Of a stretch of DNA of 64,000 nt, positions 1 to 12,543 are shown piece by piece (the first letter of the stretch is position 1; each line of letters opens with the position of its first letter). This stretch comes from Lytechinus pictus (Eukaryota). Location of the stretch: positions 45,696,001 to 45,760,000 of the forward strand of contig NC_087251.1 of the NCBI RefSeq assembly GCF_037042905.1, given 5' to 3'. Under the pieces are notes generated by a model. The model searched no databases. It was not told the DNA's origin and saw only the letters and a list, made by a program, of their open reading frames with translations. The position numbers and the translations under genes were made by a program.

Positions 1-24
1 TTTCTTTCTGTCTTTGATTTATAG

Positions 25-89
25 CGTTCAACCCCGATGAAGAAAACAAGATTATTTACACAGAGATCTATGAAGAGTATGGAAATTTG
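25..89 (+). CDS. CFAP36: CFAP36 (CCDC104) internal exon, BART domain; first exon visible in window
   Basis: atag| acceptor after a pyrimidine tract, |gtaagt donor. Translates FNPDEENKIIYTEIYEEYGNL, resembling CFAP36 [21 protein letters not shown]. Confidence 0.9.
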
Positions 90-1227
90 GTAAGTTGACG
101 TGTATCTAAAACATTCAAAGATTACATATGAATGCTACCTTTCGAGCATCCAGCATAAATAGCTTATTCTAAAGACCTTGTAACTACCTTGGGTAGATGG
201 AAACCAAACTCTGGTTGCCTTTCAGCAAACAGACCAGAGATCACCTCCAGAGGTAGTCTTGGGGTGGACTCATGTCGGCCTCGGACCCCCTATCTGTAGA
301 TGTAAACTCGAACCCATCTCAGTCCACTTGCAGCAGTTTGCGGTACAGATCCCACTTTGTCATAATGGTGTAAAAGTTAGAAAGAGGAGAGGTGGGATTA
401 TGAAGTGTACATAAAAGTCCAAAATATCATAGTTTGCACTCTTTCTAGATCACTTTTAATTCATAAAATTAATTAAATTGGGGTCTGTAGCTTCAGACTA
501 ACTGAAAGTGATCAGAATTTGAAACTTACTATGGGGCTGACCCCCCCCCCCCCGCAAAAAAAAGGCTGCACTTTATATCCTCTTGAAAAAAAAGCAGAAT
601 TAAGGTTTATGCTTTTAACTGTTTCCTCCAAATCCAGTAAATTCTATGAATATTGTCAATCATTAATCTAGTGGTCAATGCTTAACTACCAGTACTTGAA
701 TAAATAATCATGGGGTTGAAATGTCAACTGCACCAGGGTAATTAAAATTAGTCTGAAAGCACAGACCTTTGGCTTTCTCATAGTGCACAATAATGAGTCT
801 GAAATAGTGAGACTAGATTCACTCATTTACTACCTTTGGTTTTCGCACAGTGCATAGTGATGAGTCTGAAATAGTGAGACTAGATTCACTCATGTACTGT
901 GGCTGCTTATTGTCAAAGACAGAGAGATTGGAGACTAGTCTTCACTCTAGACATGGTATGATTGATTAAAGTGTCAAATTTGAGTCTGGGCTTGCAGACT
1001 ACTCTTTATCTTGATTCCTAATTTTACGATCACCAGGTTATATAAAAAGGTTGAGTTACCATATTTCACTGTAATTACCCAGTCTTTGTCCTCTAGATTT
1101 ATTTATTTTTTTGCAAGAAGGTCCCAAGGTAAATATTGGGAGCTGTAAGGACCTCTGTTCTAGGGTTGTAATTTTTTGTTGTTGTAAATAATTGAAAATT
1201 AAATTATAATGTGGAGTGATCACATAC

Positions 1228-1436
1228 ACTGTAAAACTGCTGTATAAAATCTAAAGCACGTTGTTTAAGCCCTACACTCTAACAAATATTGTTTAAGATT
1301 TTTAACAAGTTGTTCAATGTTTTAAAAAGTTGTTTAGACTAATTTAACCAATTGTTTAAAAATTTAAAGAATAGTTGTTAGAGTGACAGTTTTAAACAAC
1401 ATTCTTGAAATTTTAATTTTAAACAACAGTTTCACC
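1228..1436. repeat. cactgtaaaa-type palindromic MITE relic (relative at ~15352-15495)
   Basis: Shared cactgtaaaa...aagcc..cactctaaca...tttaaacaac motifs in both copies. Confidence 0.55.
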
Positions 1437-2120
1437 GAGTGGGTTGTAAGAAATTGGAATGGGTTTCAGTGATGAAATGCAGTTTAAGCCCAAATCTGGA
1501 TTTTCAACACAGCACTTGATTAATAGATTTATTGATAATGGAAAAAAACACAAAAAATTTACATTAAAACTTCATCTAATCGTTGGCATTTTTTTTTCTC
1601 ATATGGCTTTGGTAGTAGAGAGGGGAGGAGGAAGGGGAGAAGAGGGGAGGGGTCTTGGATTTGATCTCCAACTCTGTTGTACCAAAGACTTTTGAAAAAA
1701 TTGTTCCACATGCATACAGGGTGCTCAGCACTTTTGTTGAAGTGGCTAGCTTGGATAATTAAAGAGATGTTATTAATATTGTTATTAACTTTTACTCGAG
1801 GTTTAGTGTCTGTTACATTTGCATCTCCTTTTCTACAGGTATATTTAATTAAGTGTTTTTGTTAATTACCTATTTTACTAGAAAAAAAGAGAAAGCTACC
1901 TGTTGCCATGCAAACAAAACCTGAATTAGGCATGTTTAGAGTAGCTGCTTTACTTGTAATGACATTGCATGATACATGTATATCAGTAGAATCAGATATG
2001 TGATGAAACATTTCTTGACTGTGCATCATAAAAGTGAACAAAAACTGAAATGTTACTTTTTCTTTAAATGCCAAATGACTTTGACTCTGTGTATAACTAT
2101 TCTTTCTCATTGCCCTGCAG

Positions 2121-2225
2121 GTGGAAATGTTACTGCAAAGCTTCCTTGAGGACCTGAACATCAACGCTACATCCTTCGTGGAAGTTTGCAATGCTTTCAA
2201 GAGCAACCAGTCGCAGTCCAATAAA
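2121..2225 (+). CDS. CFAP36: CFAP36 exon
   Basis: ctgcag|...|gtatg, phase 0. VEMLLQSFLEDLNINATSFVEVCNAFKSNQSQSNK (BART domain continuation). Confidence 0.9.
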
Positions 2226-2940
2226 GTATGCCATACCTCAAATCTTGAATCGTCATTGTAATTATGATTTTTATTATAATCGTGGCTGTGATTAGCGTTT
2301 GTGATTCTAATCATGTTCTAGTTTGGTTTCACACATGCTAAATATTCGTTGTTAGCCTTATTTTTTTACTAGAATCATCATTCAAATTACAAATTTTTTA
2401 CCATGTGTAAGGGCGGTAAGTCAGTTGTTGTAATCTCATTAGCAATAACTTCTTGTAAGGAGAGCGTTTCATGAAAGGGTGCTCATCTGACATTTTTTCT
2501 AACAAAGCCTGTTTATCCGACGTTTACCTTAGAAATGGTCAGACACTTCTCAGCTTATTGATTTCAAACTCTGAAGTAACAACAATAATAAAAGAAAGTC
2601 GTTAGACAACAAACGTTGATACAATGCTCTGCCTTGAAAAATAAAATGGGGTGATTATTTGTAGTGTAATTTACCTCGTGGCGAGTTAAATAAGTCAAGT
2701 GAAATATATGAAGATAGGAATAATACAGGCTGTGTGTGGGGGGGGGGGGGGTGGCTGAAGGTGTGGGCACCCCCCTTAAAAAGTCTGACTCTGGTTCTGC
2801 ACCTTAAATAGATCTCTAGAAATCTATGCGATTTCACTGTTGGGAAATCAAATTTCAGAAGCACAGTGTAACTTACTGTTGACACAAGTTTTGTGAAACC
2901 GGGGCCTAATTATATTTTGTATCGTTGCGCTTCAATGTAG

Positions 2941-3158
2941 ACCGTGTTCGAGCAGGTGTATGCAGCCCAGGATTTCCAGGTCTTCAAGGCCATGATGACA
3001 CAGAAGAACATCGAGCTGGAGCTCCAGGCCTTGAACATGCTCCAGCAACGCAGCGGTCAGATCCCCAACATCATGAAGCCGGGGGAGAGTACGCCGATCG
3101 CACACTCCCAGGCGCAAGAGGACAACGAAGAGGAGCGGATCCTCCAAGAAGTCCTGGC
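2941..3158 (+). CDS. CFAP36: CFAP36 exon
   Basis: tgtag|...gc|gtaagt. TVFEQVYAAQDFQVFKAMMTQKNIELELQAL matches the CFAP36 signature AAEDF.IFKAMM.QKNIE..LQA. Confidence 0.93.
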
Positions 3159-4254
3159 GTAAGTCACCATCTTTTCCATGCTTCAATTACTTAGGCCCTA
3201 CATATAAATTCCTCCTTTTTTTTTTCCATCTCTTTCTATTTTTCTTCTAAAATCCTTCACAGCTCCCTGTCTCTTTTTGTTATAAAGCGCATCAATATAC
3301 GCATAGTTGCGCGATACCAGCTACTGTATGGGGGATGTGCCCTACCTGCCACGGGGCCTTCCTATTGGTTAGAAGGGCTCCCACTAGGAACTAACAATGA
3401 TTTTGATTGGTTTGCTTTCGAAAAGATGGGCGGGAACTTAGAGAGATATGACAGGGAAAAGACAATGTTCAGAATACCGATTTGTGACAATCACAGCGGT
3501 GTCTTATCTCTAAGAGAAATGAAAAAAGTTATGACAGTGTTCCAGAATAGCATCCCTGGATATCATCGTACAGTCAAACCTAGTCTGCAGGCACAGACCT
3601 TTTGTTTTCGCTTAGTGCATGATGCAGAGTCTGAAGAAGGAGACTAGATTTGCTCATGTACTCATTTTCTTACACGTAACATTGGAATTAGCATGTATAG
3701 AATTCTGGATATGTATCAAAGATATTACCAATTCTTTTGTTTCTTTCTCAATCTTGTTACGGAAATGAAGTACTACCCGAAATTTGTATTCATCTTTATT
3801 TTTGTAATATTTCCTGGCTATGCCATGAACTTAAATAATTAATATATATTTATCATTGTCTTGTTTATGACGATAACAATATTCTAATGGAATTCTCTAT
3901 GTTTATGGTATGTAAAGCTACTTCAGTTGCATTTGCATTCAGTTTCATTTTACCCCGTAACTGAAAAAATGTGAGTACAATGAGTTGACTTTGAATTGAA
4001 TTACACTGATGATTACTGTAGATAAGACTTTCTTATTAACTTTTTTTGTACCTTAGAGTTCAGGGCCCCATTACACAAAACTTAGCAATTAATCGTGGAG
4101 GGCTGATTTCACAATTGATCACACACAATAAAATCATTGCAATGAATCATAGAAATTAGCCCTGCGATCAATTACTAAGCCTGGCTTCATGTTACGGGGC
4201 CTGGATCTATTTCTTCTAGGCATATCTGAATTTTTCATTTTTTTCCAATTGTAG

Positions 4255-4405
4255 GTTATCTGAAAAGGAATATAAAGAGGAAATGAAGAAATCTAAGAAG
4301 CAATCTAGTACCGTGAACTTGGCCATGGATAAGTCGCTTGCATCTGGGAAGGAGGTCGAGCAGCTAAAAATCCACAAACAAAAAGAGGAAGAGATGCTTG
4401 AAAAG
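4255..4405 (+). CDS. CFAP36: CFAP36 exon
   Basis: ttgtag|...aag|gtagg, phase 2->0 consistent. LSEKEYKEEMKKSKK...EEEMLEK (coiled-coil-like). Confidence 0.85.
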
Positions 4406-4442
4406 GTAGGATTAATCAATGTTATATTCACTTGGTCTACAA

Positions 4443-4619
4443 CAGGGGTGTGAGAGTTCAGATTTTTATCTGATTTCAGATTTTTTTTTTCCAGCTTTAT
4501 TTCAGCTTATTTTTGGCCTTCCTCTGTACAAAAAGTATGGGAGCTCTTTCTATTTCAGACTTTTTAAACACTCTTCAGCTTTTTTCAGATCTTTTTATTT
4601 GTGACCACTCACACCCCTG
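4443..4619. mobile_element. hAT-like MITE (caggggtgtgag TIR); partial relative at ~13565-13700
   Basis: caggggtgtgagag / ctcacacccctg termini with internal ttcag repeats. Confidence 0.6.
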
Positions 4620-5184
4620 GGTAGGCAGTTAGTCTACTTTTCAGATAGTCTAAAAACCACATGGGCTAAACCCATTTGGTCTGCTATCGATCTGTACTGA
4701 CCGCACAGAAACGTCAGCGCTAACAATGCGCTAACAGGGGCCCTGTTACAACCGGTAGTGTGGCAGCGTTGCCTAATGTTACAACAAGGCATCACCTACA
4801 CATTGACATAAATGTTTTTACTTCACAATCCAAAAGATGCGACTGAGCTTACTGTTAGTGCTCTGGTAGGCTAACAACGTTCCTGTGCATCCGGCACTGG
4901 TCCACTTAACGTTTGATCTGCACTACACATGGTTGAGAATGAGCTATAATGTACATGAAATCAGGTCTCGCGACCAATGTTTGAATTGATTGATGAAATT
5001 GTTCAGAAGTAATTGCAAGATCACTAACGGACAGGAAGGCCCCACCATCCACCTAATGGGAGGGTGGAATCATCAAAATGAATAGCAAATCAAATGAAAT
5101 TTAATGAAATTGTATCTTTAATGAGTTCAAATGGTAGAGTAAGTAATTCATATGATGCAATGCACCTCTGTTTTACTTTCGTAG

Positions 5185-5268
5185 ACATTGAAGTTGGCCA
5201 TCTCTGAGGGCCCTAAGCCAGCACCAACGCCAGTATCAACCAGTAAAACTAAAACTCCAAAACCTCAG
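5185..5268 (+). CDS. CFAP36: CFAP36 exon
   Basis: tttcgtag|...cag|gtatct, 84 nt in frame. TLKLAISEGPKPAPTPVSTSKTKTPKPQ. Confidence 0.8.
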
Positions 5269-5581
5269 GTATCTGAATGTAATTTGTTTGCATTTATTTT
5301 TGAACCTGTAATTTCTATGCTTCCTTAATAGAATAATTTGCATTATGATAGTAAATTTAGCAAGCCAAGTTGGGTAAAGTAAGAATGCTAAAACATATTG
5401 AGAAAGTGTAATATTTCTTGGCATAAAATCATTCTTAAAACTTTTTGACATTAATAGGTTTATTGTTTCTTTGTAGTTTAAATAACATGAATTTTCACAG
5501 TGATATCTCTTTTTCACTTTACTCCTCTTCTTTCTAATTTTCCTTGTCCTGTCAATATAGTAAATTGAACTTATTCTCTAT

Positions 5582-8500
5582 GGCCCGTATTCTGAAGTCG
5601 GGTTTAACTTAGACCATGGTCTAACTCTTTGCTAAAATTATGGGAAGCCAAACGTTTCAAAATTTTGTTTAAAGTGAATGCTTCTCATGTTTACTGTGCT
5701 CTTTACTAATTCTTTAATGGTGAAGACAATTGTCATACTTATCCTTCCCAGGCAGTTAATAGTAGAGCGGATTAGCCGAACAATTGTGCAAATTATGACT
5801 AAAGCATGAAACTTTCACAAGTTTTAGTATATGCCGTAAGATTTATTTTAAAGATGGGAGGTAAATTTTAAAATGCCTTTTTCGGCCGTTGCCATGGCAA
5901 CGGATGAATTTATAAAAAATGACATACATTCCCATGTAAATGGTAAATAAACATGATATAGATGACCAAAATGATACTTTTTAGGCTCCCAATTGAATAC
6001 ATATGAAATTTAGAAATATTCAAAATCACCAAGATAGTTCCAATTGGTCCGTTGCCATGGCAACGGCTTGTTTTTCCCAAGAAAAATAAAAATTTTGATT
6101 TAAAAAACGTTGTAGAATATGATTTATCTTAAATTTTCCCTAATTTTACAGTGTTAAACAAAGATATTTTGGTAGCTAAATGTATAGTTTACATCTCAAG
6201 ACATTGCCATGGCAACCAAATAACATCTGATTTACAAAAATAACATGGTTGACAAGACAATGGACAGGTGGAAAATACAATTGGAATTGACTTAATCTGT
6301 ATGCTTCAGTTTTGACCCCCTCATTTGAACAAAAAAAATACAGAAAGTGTTCTTCAGGAGTTTTTTATAAAGATAAAAAATTATGTTGCCTTGGTAATGC
6401 TTGAATTAAACTAAAACAAAAATGTTGCAAAGGACCCGTTGCCATGGCAACAGCTTATTTCCCTCTAGAAAATTTAAAATATTGATAAAAATGTAGAATA
6501 AATGTACATGTATGGTCATCTTTCCATTTTCAATGATTTTAAAGTACTAATCGAGATATGTTTGTGACTAAATTTATAAACATAAAATCTTAAGCCATTA
6601 CCATGGCAACCAGATAACATCTAATTAAAAAACAACAACAACATGGATTGCAAGGTAATGGATAGGTGAAAATACAATGAAAATTAACTTAATGTACATG
6701 CATAAGGTTTGACCTACTCAATTGATTTAGGGGAAATAATACAGTGAGAGTTCTACATGAACTAATTAGAATAATACATATTGATGTTGCCTTGGTAATA
6801 CTTGAATTCAACGATAAGTATTAATGTTGCAAATGGCCTGTTGCCATAGCAACGGATCATTTTGTACCACTTTTGATTAAAAAAAGGACTGCAGAATCTG
6901 ATTTTTCTTGCATTTCCCCAAATCTTAGTGTGCTAAACATAGATATACAATACAAAATGTATAAATAACATCTGAAGCTATTGCCATGGCAACCAAATAA
7001 TATCTTATTTACAAAAAAATAAATATTTGGATATCAACAGCAAACATAATGCTTTGCACCCTAAAATTAGGGGAAATGTATGACAAAATGTAGATTCTAA
7101 ACTTTTTTCGATCAAATTTGGTACTTTTCTTAGGAAAAAAAGGATTCGTTGCCATGGCAACGGGCCATATGCAACATTGATATTTATCATTAGATTCAAG
7201 CATTACCAAGGCAACCTCAAATTTTATAATTATAATAAACTAATGCGAAACACTGTAATCTTTGTTTAAAATTAATTGACTGGGTCAAACCTTGAGTTAA
7301 TTGTTATTGATTGCATTTTCCACCTGTCCATTATCATGTCAACCATGTTATTCTTTTTTCAAATTAGATGTCATTTGGTTGCCATGACAATGGCTTTAGA
7401 TGTTATTTATATGTTAACAGCAAACATATCCATTCTTACCCTAAAATAAGGGGGGAATGAAAGAAAAATCAGATTATACAGTCACTTTTCTAATCAAAAC
7501 TGTCACTTTTCTTGGGTAAATGAGCCGTTGCTATAGCAACAGGTAATTTGCACATTGATATTTATCGTTGAATTCAAGTATTACCAAGGCAACATCAATA
7601 TTCTAATTAGTTCATGCAGAACAGTCACTGTATTATTTCCCCTAAATTAATAACGTAGGTCAAACCTTTATGCATGTACATTAAGTTAATTTTCATTGTA
7701 TTTTTCACCTGTCCATAACCTTGTCATCCACGTTGTTGCTTTGTAAAATTAAATGTTATCTGGTTGCCATGGCAATGGCTTAAGATGTTATATTTATAAA
7801 TTTAGTCACAAACATATCTCGATTAGTACCTTAAAATTATTAAAATGAAATAATGATCATACATGTATTTTACATTTTTATCAATATTTTTTACGTTTCT
7901 AGAGGGAAATAAGCTGTTGTCATGGCAACGGGCCCTTTGCAATATTTTAATTTTTTAATTCAATTCAAGCATTACCAAGGCAACATAATTTTTTATCTTT
8001 ATAACGAACTCCTGTAGAACAATTTCTGTATTTTTGTTCAAATAAGGGGGTCCAAACTGAAGCATACAGATTAAGTCATTTCCAATTGTATTTTCCACCT
8101 GTCTATTGTCTTGTCAACCATGTTATTTTTGTAAATTAGATGTTATTTGGTTGCCATGGCAATGGCTTGAGATGTAATTTATACGTTTAGGAACAAAAAT
8201 ATATTTGTTTAACACTGTAAAATTAAGGGAAATTAAAGATAAATCATTTTCTACAACGTTTTTTTAATCAAAATTTATATTTTTCTTGGGAAAAACAAGC
8301 CGTTGCCATGGCAACGGACCAATTGGAACTATCTTGGTGATCTTGAATATTTCTAAATTTAATATGTATTCAATTGGGAGCTTGAAAATTAATATTTTGG
8401 TCATCTATATCATGTTTATTTTCCATTTACATGGAAATGTATGTCATTTTTGAGAAATTAATCCGTTGCCATGGCAACGGCCGAAAATGGCATTTTAAAA

Positions 8501-8753
8501 TTTACCTCCCATCTTTAAAATAAATCTTACGGCATATACTAATACTTGTGAAAGTTTCATGCTTTAGTCAAAATTTGCACAATTGTTGTGATTTTTGGAG
8601 CTTATCCGCTCTACTATAATAATGTTTTGGGAGTCAACTGAGCTTATACACTGAACCTCTACTGTTAGAGATTTATGTGATAACTGGCTTTCCTTAGTTA
8701 AACCACAACTCAAAACCAGAGTTTAAATTGAACCCGTCTTCAGAATACGGGCC
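5582..8753. mobile_element. Harbinger-like MITE (ggcccgtattctga TIR) split by a nested foldback element
   Basis: TIRs ggcccgtattctgaag / cttcagaatacgggcc with tat on both flanks. An uninterrupted relative sits at ~16000-16305. Confidence 0.8.
5760..8616. mobile_element. Non-autonomous foldback DNA transposon with ~1.25-kb inverted arms made of ~390-bp subrepeats
   Basis: Termini tagtagagcggat / atccgctctacta, TAA duplicated on both sides. Arms ~5760-7010 and ~7355-8616 are reverse complements. No transposase ORF. Confidence 0.88.
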
Positions 8754-8949
8754 TATGAGTTGAATCTGTTTGGGACTTAAGAAGTGGCTTTGATCTCCCA
8801 AAAATGACTTGTAATTCAGGCCCTTAAAAAGCTTAATAAAGTCTATTGTTGAAACCCAATGATTTTAGTTTTTTTGTAACCAAAATACTCAGCTAATGAG
8901 TAAGGAATGTGCATAAAACATACATTGTCTTTATTTGAGTTTAAACTTT

Positions 8950-11900
8950 GGCCCGTATTCTGATAGCGTGGTTTAACTTAACCCTAGTCTAAGTGTGGTA
9001 ATAAACTGCCATATTTAAACCTAGGTTTAAATTTCGTATTCCGATAGCAAGGTTTAAGTTAACCCTGGTCTAAGTGTGGTAATAAATCCTCAAAAAGTTA
9101 AACTCGCGCAGGGGGTAGTTTAAGCCTGGTTTAAATCCAACAAATCATGGCCAACAATTTTTTAGAATTTATGCCTATATTGCATTTCGAGCTACTTCCT
9201 CAGTTTTTAACAGATTCTCATGAAATTTGGAACACACTTTGGTCTCAAGGTAAGGAGGTGTAAGAATTTTTTTTCCCTTTTTCGGAAATTGTGTTGCCAT
9301 GGTAACAGTATATTATGGTTCAAAATTTTGCCGTTTAAAATACTTAATCAGTTTTCTACCAATTCTCAAGAAAGTTGGCTAACACATTGATTTTGAGGTA
9401 AAGATGTGCAAGACTCATTTTTGCATGTGTCGGAAATTGTGTTGCCATGGTAACGGTATAGTATGACAAAAACTAAGCATAAATCTTGCTGTTCCAACTA
9501 CTTCCTCAGTTTTTAACCAATTCTCGTGAAATTTGGCACATACATTAGTCTTAATCTTCTTGCAAGACACATTTTTGCATGTGTTGGAAATTGTGTTGCC
9601 ATGGAAACGGTATATTATGGCAAAAACTTGCAATTTCAACTACTTCCTAAGTTTTAACCAATTCTCATGAAATGTGGTACAAACATTAGTCTTGATGTGA
9701 AGATGTGCAAAAAATATTTTATGTCTTTATAAAAAAAATCATGTTGCCATGGTAACAAATCAAATATAAAAAATTAGATGAAAATCTTGTGATTTGAACT
9801 ACTTTATCAGTTTCCAACTGGTCAATTCTCTTAAAAATTTGGCACATACATTAATGTTGAGGTGAAGATGTCTGACATATTTTTGCCTGTATCAGAATCG
9901 TGTTGCCATGGTAACAACATATTATATAACGAAAATAAGGTGAAAATTTTGTAGTTCGAACTCCTTCATTAGTTTTCATTTTTCAACCAATTCTTATAAA
10001 AGTTGGCTCACACATTGGTTTTGAGGTATAGATCTGCAAGACATATATTTGGGTGTATCAGAAATCGTGTTGCCATGGTAACAACATATTACATAATGAA
10101 ATTAGGTGAAAATCTTGCGGTTTGAACTCCTTCATTAGTTTTCATTTTTCAACCAATTCTTATAAAAGTCGGCTCACACATTGGTTTTGAGGGATAGATC
10201 TGCAAGACATATATTTGTGTGTGTTGGAAACTTTGCTGCCATGGTAACATCATATTAAATCAATAAATGTGTAAACACATCTCGTGGATTGAACTTCTTC
10301 ATTTTATGACATAGGCCTATGCTCATGAAATTTAGAACACATAGGTTTTGAGGTAAAATAATCTGCAAGACACATTTTCTCATTCATCAAAATATGTGTT
10401 TGTATGGTAACTACACACACCAAAATAAGATTAAGACAATAGTCAATGCTAACTGTTGTTTGGCTACATAGAGAACTACATGTAGCTGTAGGCTTAGTTC
10501 TAGTTTTAAGGGGGGTGCTAGACCTCTAGATCTCGAACTACAGTCCCTAGCTTTAGATCTAGGCCTAGATCTAGATTCTTTAGATCTAGTAATAATCCGT
10601 TAGATCTCTAGCCTACTTCTTTTGTCATGCCTAAGGTTAGATGAGTAGATCTACTGTAGACTAGCCTACATTTACTATTTTTCGATTTAGAATCTAAATT
10701 GAGAGTCTACAAATCTCTAGATCTAGACCTATTACATGTAGACCTAGATTGATACAGATCTAGTTCTAGATCTAGATAGGGTCTAAGTTATTTAGTCTAG
10801 AACTAGGCCAGCGTTAGAGATTCTAGATCATACAGTAAGTCAGTAGACTAGATAGCACAGACTAACGTAAGGCCTAGATCTAAATTCTTACATAAATCTA
10901 GGCCTGGCCTAGTCTAGTCAAGACTAAGCTGTTGTTGGTCTAGGTTTAGGCCTGTTTTTTAGTCCTGGACCTGGAAACCTAAACAAGTCCCCAAAAATAT
11001 TTAAATAAAATAAAAACTCTTCAAAGAAACAGATATGGACCTAAAACAGGAGTAGAGAGATGTCATTTAGCCAGGCCTAGTTACTTTGCAAGCAATGGCA
11101 ATGCATAGCGATAGTCAGATCTAACACTGTAGACAGGAATAACCGTCGTTTCTGGGGATTTATTGAAAAAATTCTGACATTTTATTGTCATATCACATTG
11201 CCTTGGTGAGAGAGGCCAACGGCAACGTAGACTGTCATACTCATCATAGACTCAGCGGAACAATACAGAGACTGAAGCTTTTTGTCTAAGACAAATCAGA
11301 TCTATTCTACTAGATTCTAACTAAGAATAAGGTTAGAATATAGATCTATATCTATCCCTGTCCCAAGGCTAAGCCAGCCTAATTCCTGAATGATGTTCTA
11401 GGCCTAGACCAATACTATAAATATGTATAATGTAGCTTCAGTCTCGGTTGCTCCACTAGACTACGGTTTGCTTCAGGAAAGTAAAAAAAGTCAAAACAAT
11501 GTTCAATTCTCCTCCAAACAATTGGGCCTAAGCTAGATCTAACTATACTAGCCTAGGCCTAATGTTAGACCCAAGACTACTCTCAAAAGTTACAAAAATT
11601 TCCCCTTACATAAAGTTAGAATAAAGATGTCGACCTCTTAACTTATTGTTTTAGATCTATAGGACTAGAGTCTAGACTCTAGTCTAGAGTGGGTGAGGTG
11701 AATCTATTCAATTTAGATTTTGACAAACATGAAAAGCAATCAATGGGACTGATACACACAAAACTATGCAGGTCACTCGGTTTGGGATTGAAATGTTTTA
11801 GTAATTAAAAAATATAAAGATAATCTGAATGAAAATTTCTTACCATATATGGGTGATGAATGCTTTTCTTTCACTACAATAGTTGTAATTAGTTTCCATA

Positions 11901-12191
11901 AAATCCAAATTTTTAAGAAAAAACAACTTTAGTGACATTTTTTCAACTTTGTTGCAGTCATCCCTGCAGCACTAATTTACCAAAAAGGTGCTAGTCTTGG
12001 TTAAAAGAGGATTATTATTTCCAAAAAGAATTTAAACCCGGGTTTAACCCAGGTTTAGTTAAACCTGGCTATCAGAATACCAAAATAATTAAACTACACT
12101 TAGACCAGAGGTGAGGTTTAGAGGAGGTTTAGTTAAACCAGGGTTAACTTTAGACTAGGGTTAAGTTAAACCTGCTATCAGAATACGGGCC
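8950..12191. mobile_element. Non-autonomous TIR element (ggcccgtattctgatagc) carrying an internal ~150-165-bp repeat array and a palindrome-rich tract
   Basis: Left ggcccgtattctgatagc...ggtttaacttaaccctagtctaa, right ttagactagggttaagttaaacc...gctatcagaatacgggcc. Confidence 0.78.
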
Positions 12192-12375
12192 AAAGAGTCT
12201 AACAGTTTCCGGTCTGGGTCTATAAGACGAGGGGTATTATGATCATTTTTAGATGGCAAAGTCACTACTTCACTTCTTTTATGCATTGTAGTGACTCTAG
12301 GTCTTGACTCGGGCAATTTGGTTGTGGACAGAATTGTCATTTCCTCTTTTTTTATTTTGGTATTCCCATACCTAG

Positions 12376-12543
12376 TCTGCTACAAGTTTACCCAAGTCAC
12401 CGACACCGTCAACCTCAAGTTCTGCAAGTACCGGTAGCAAGTCATCGAGGCCAGTGACTGGTCAAGAAGCAGCAGCTAATTGGCTACTCAGTGCTAAAGC
12501 AGAGGCAGCGAATCCATCGGGCGGGACCGAATCCAGAGTCAGT
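12376..12543 (+). CDS. CFAP36: CFAP36 exon
   Basis: cctag|...|gtaagt, 168 nt in frame. Ser/Thr-rich, then GQEAAANWLLSAKAEA. Confidence 0.8.

Noticed and set aside
9150..10430. Regularly spaced conserved palindromic motif that superficially resembles a CRISPR array
   Set aside because: The 'spacers' are homologous to each other and 135-150 bp long; the context is a eukaryotic intron with no cas genes.
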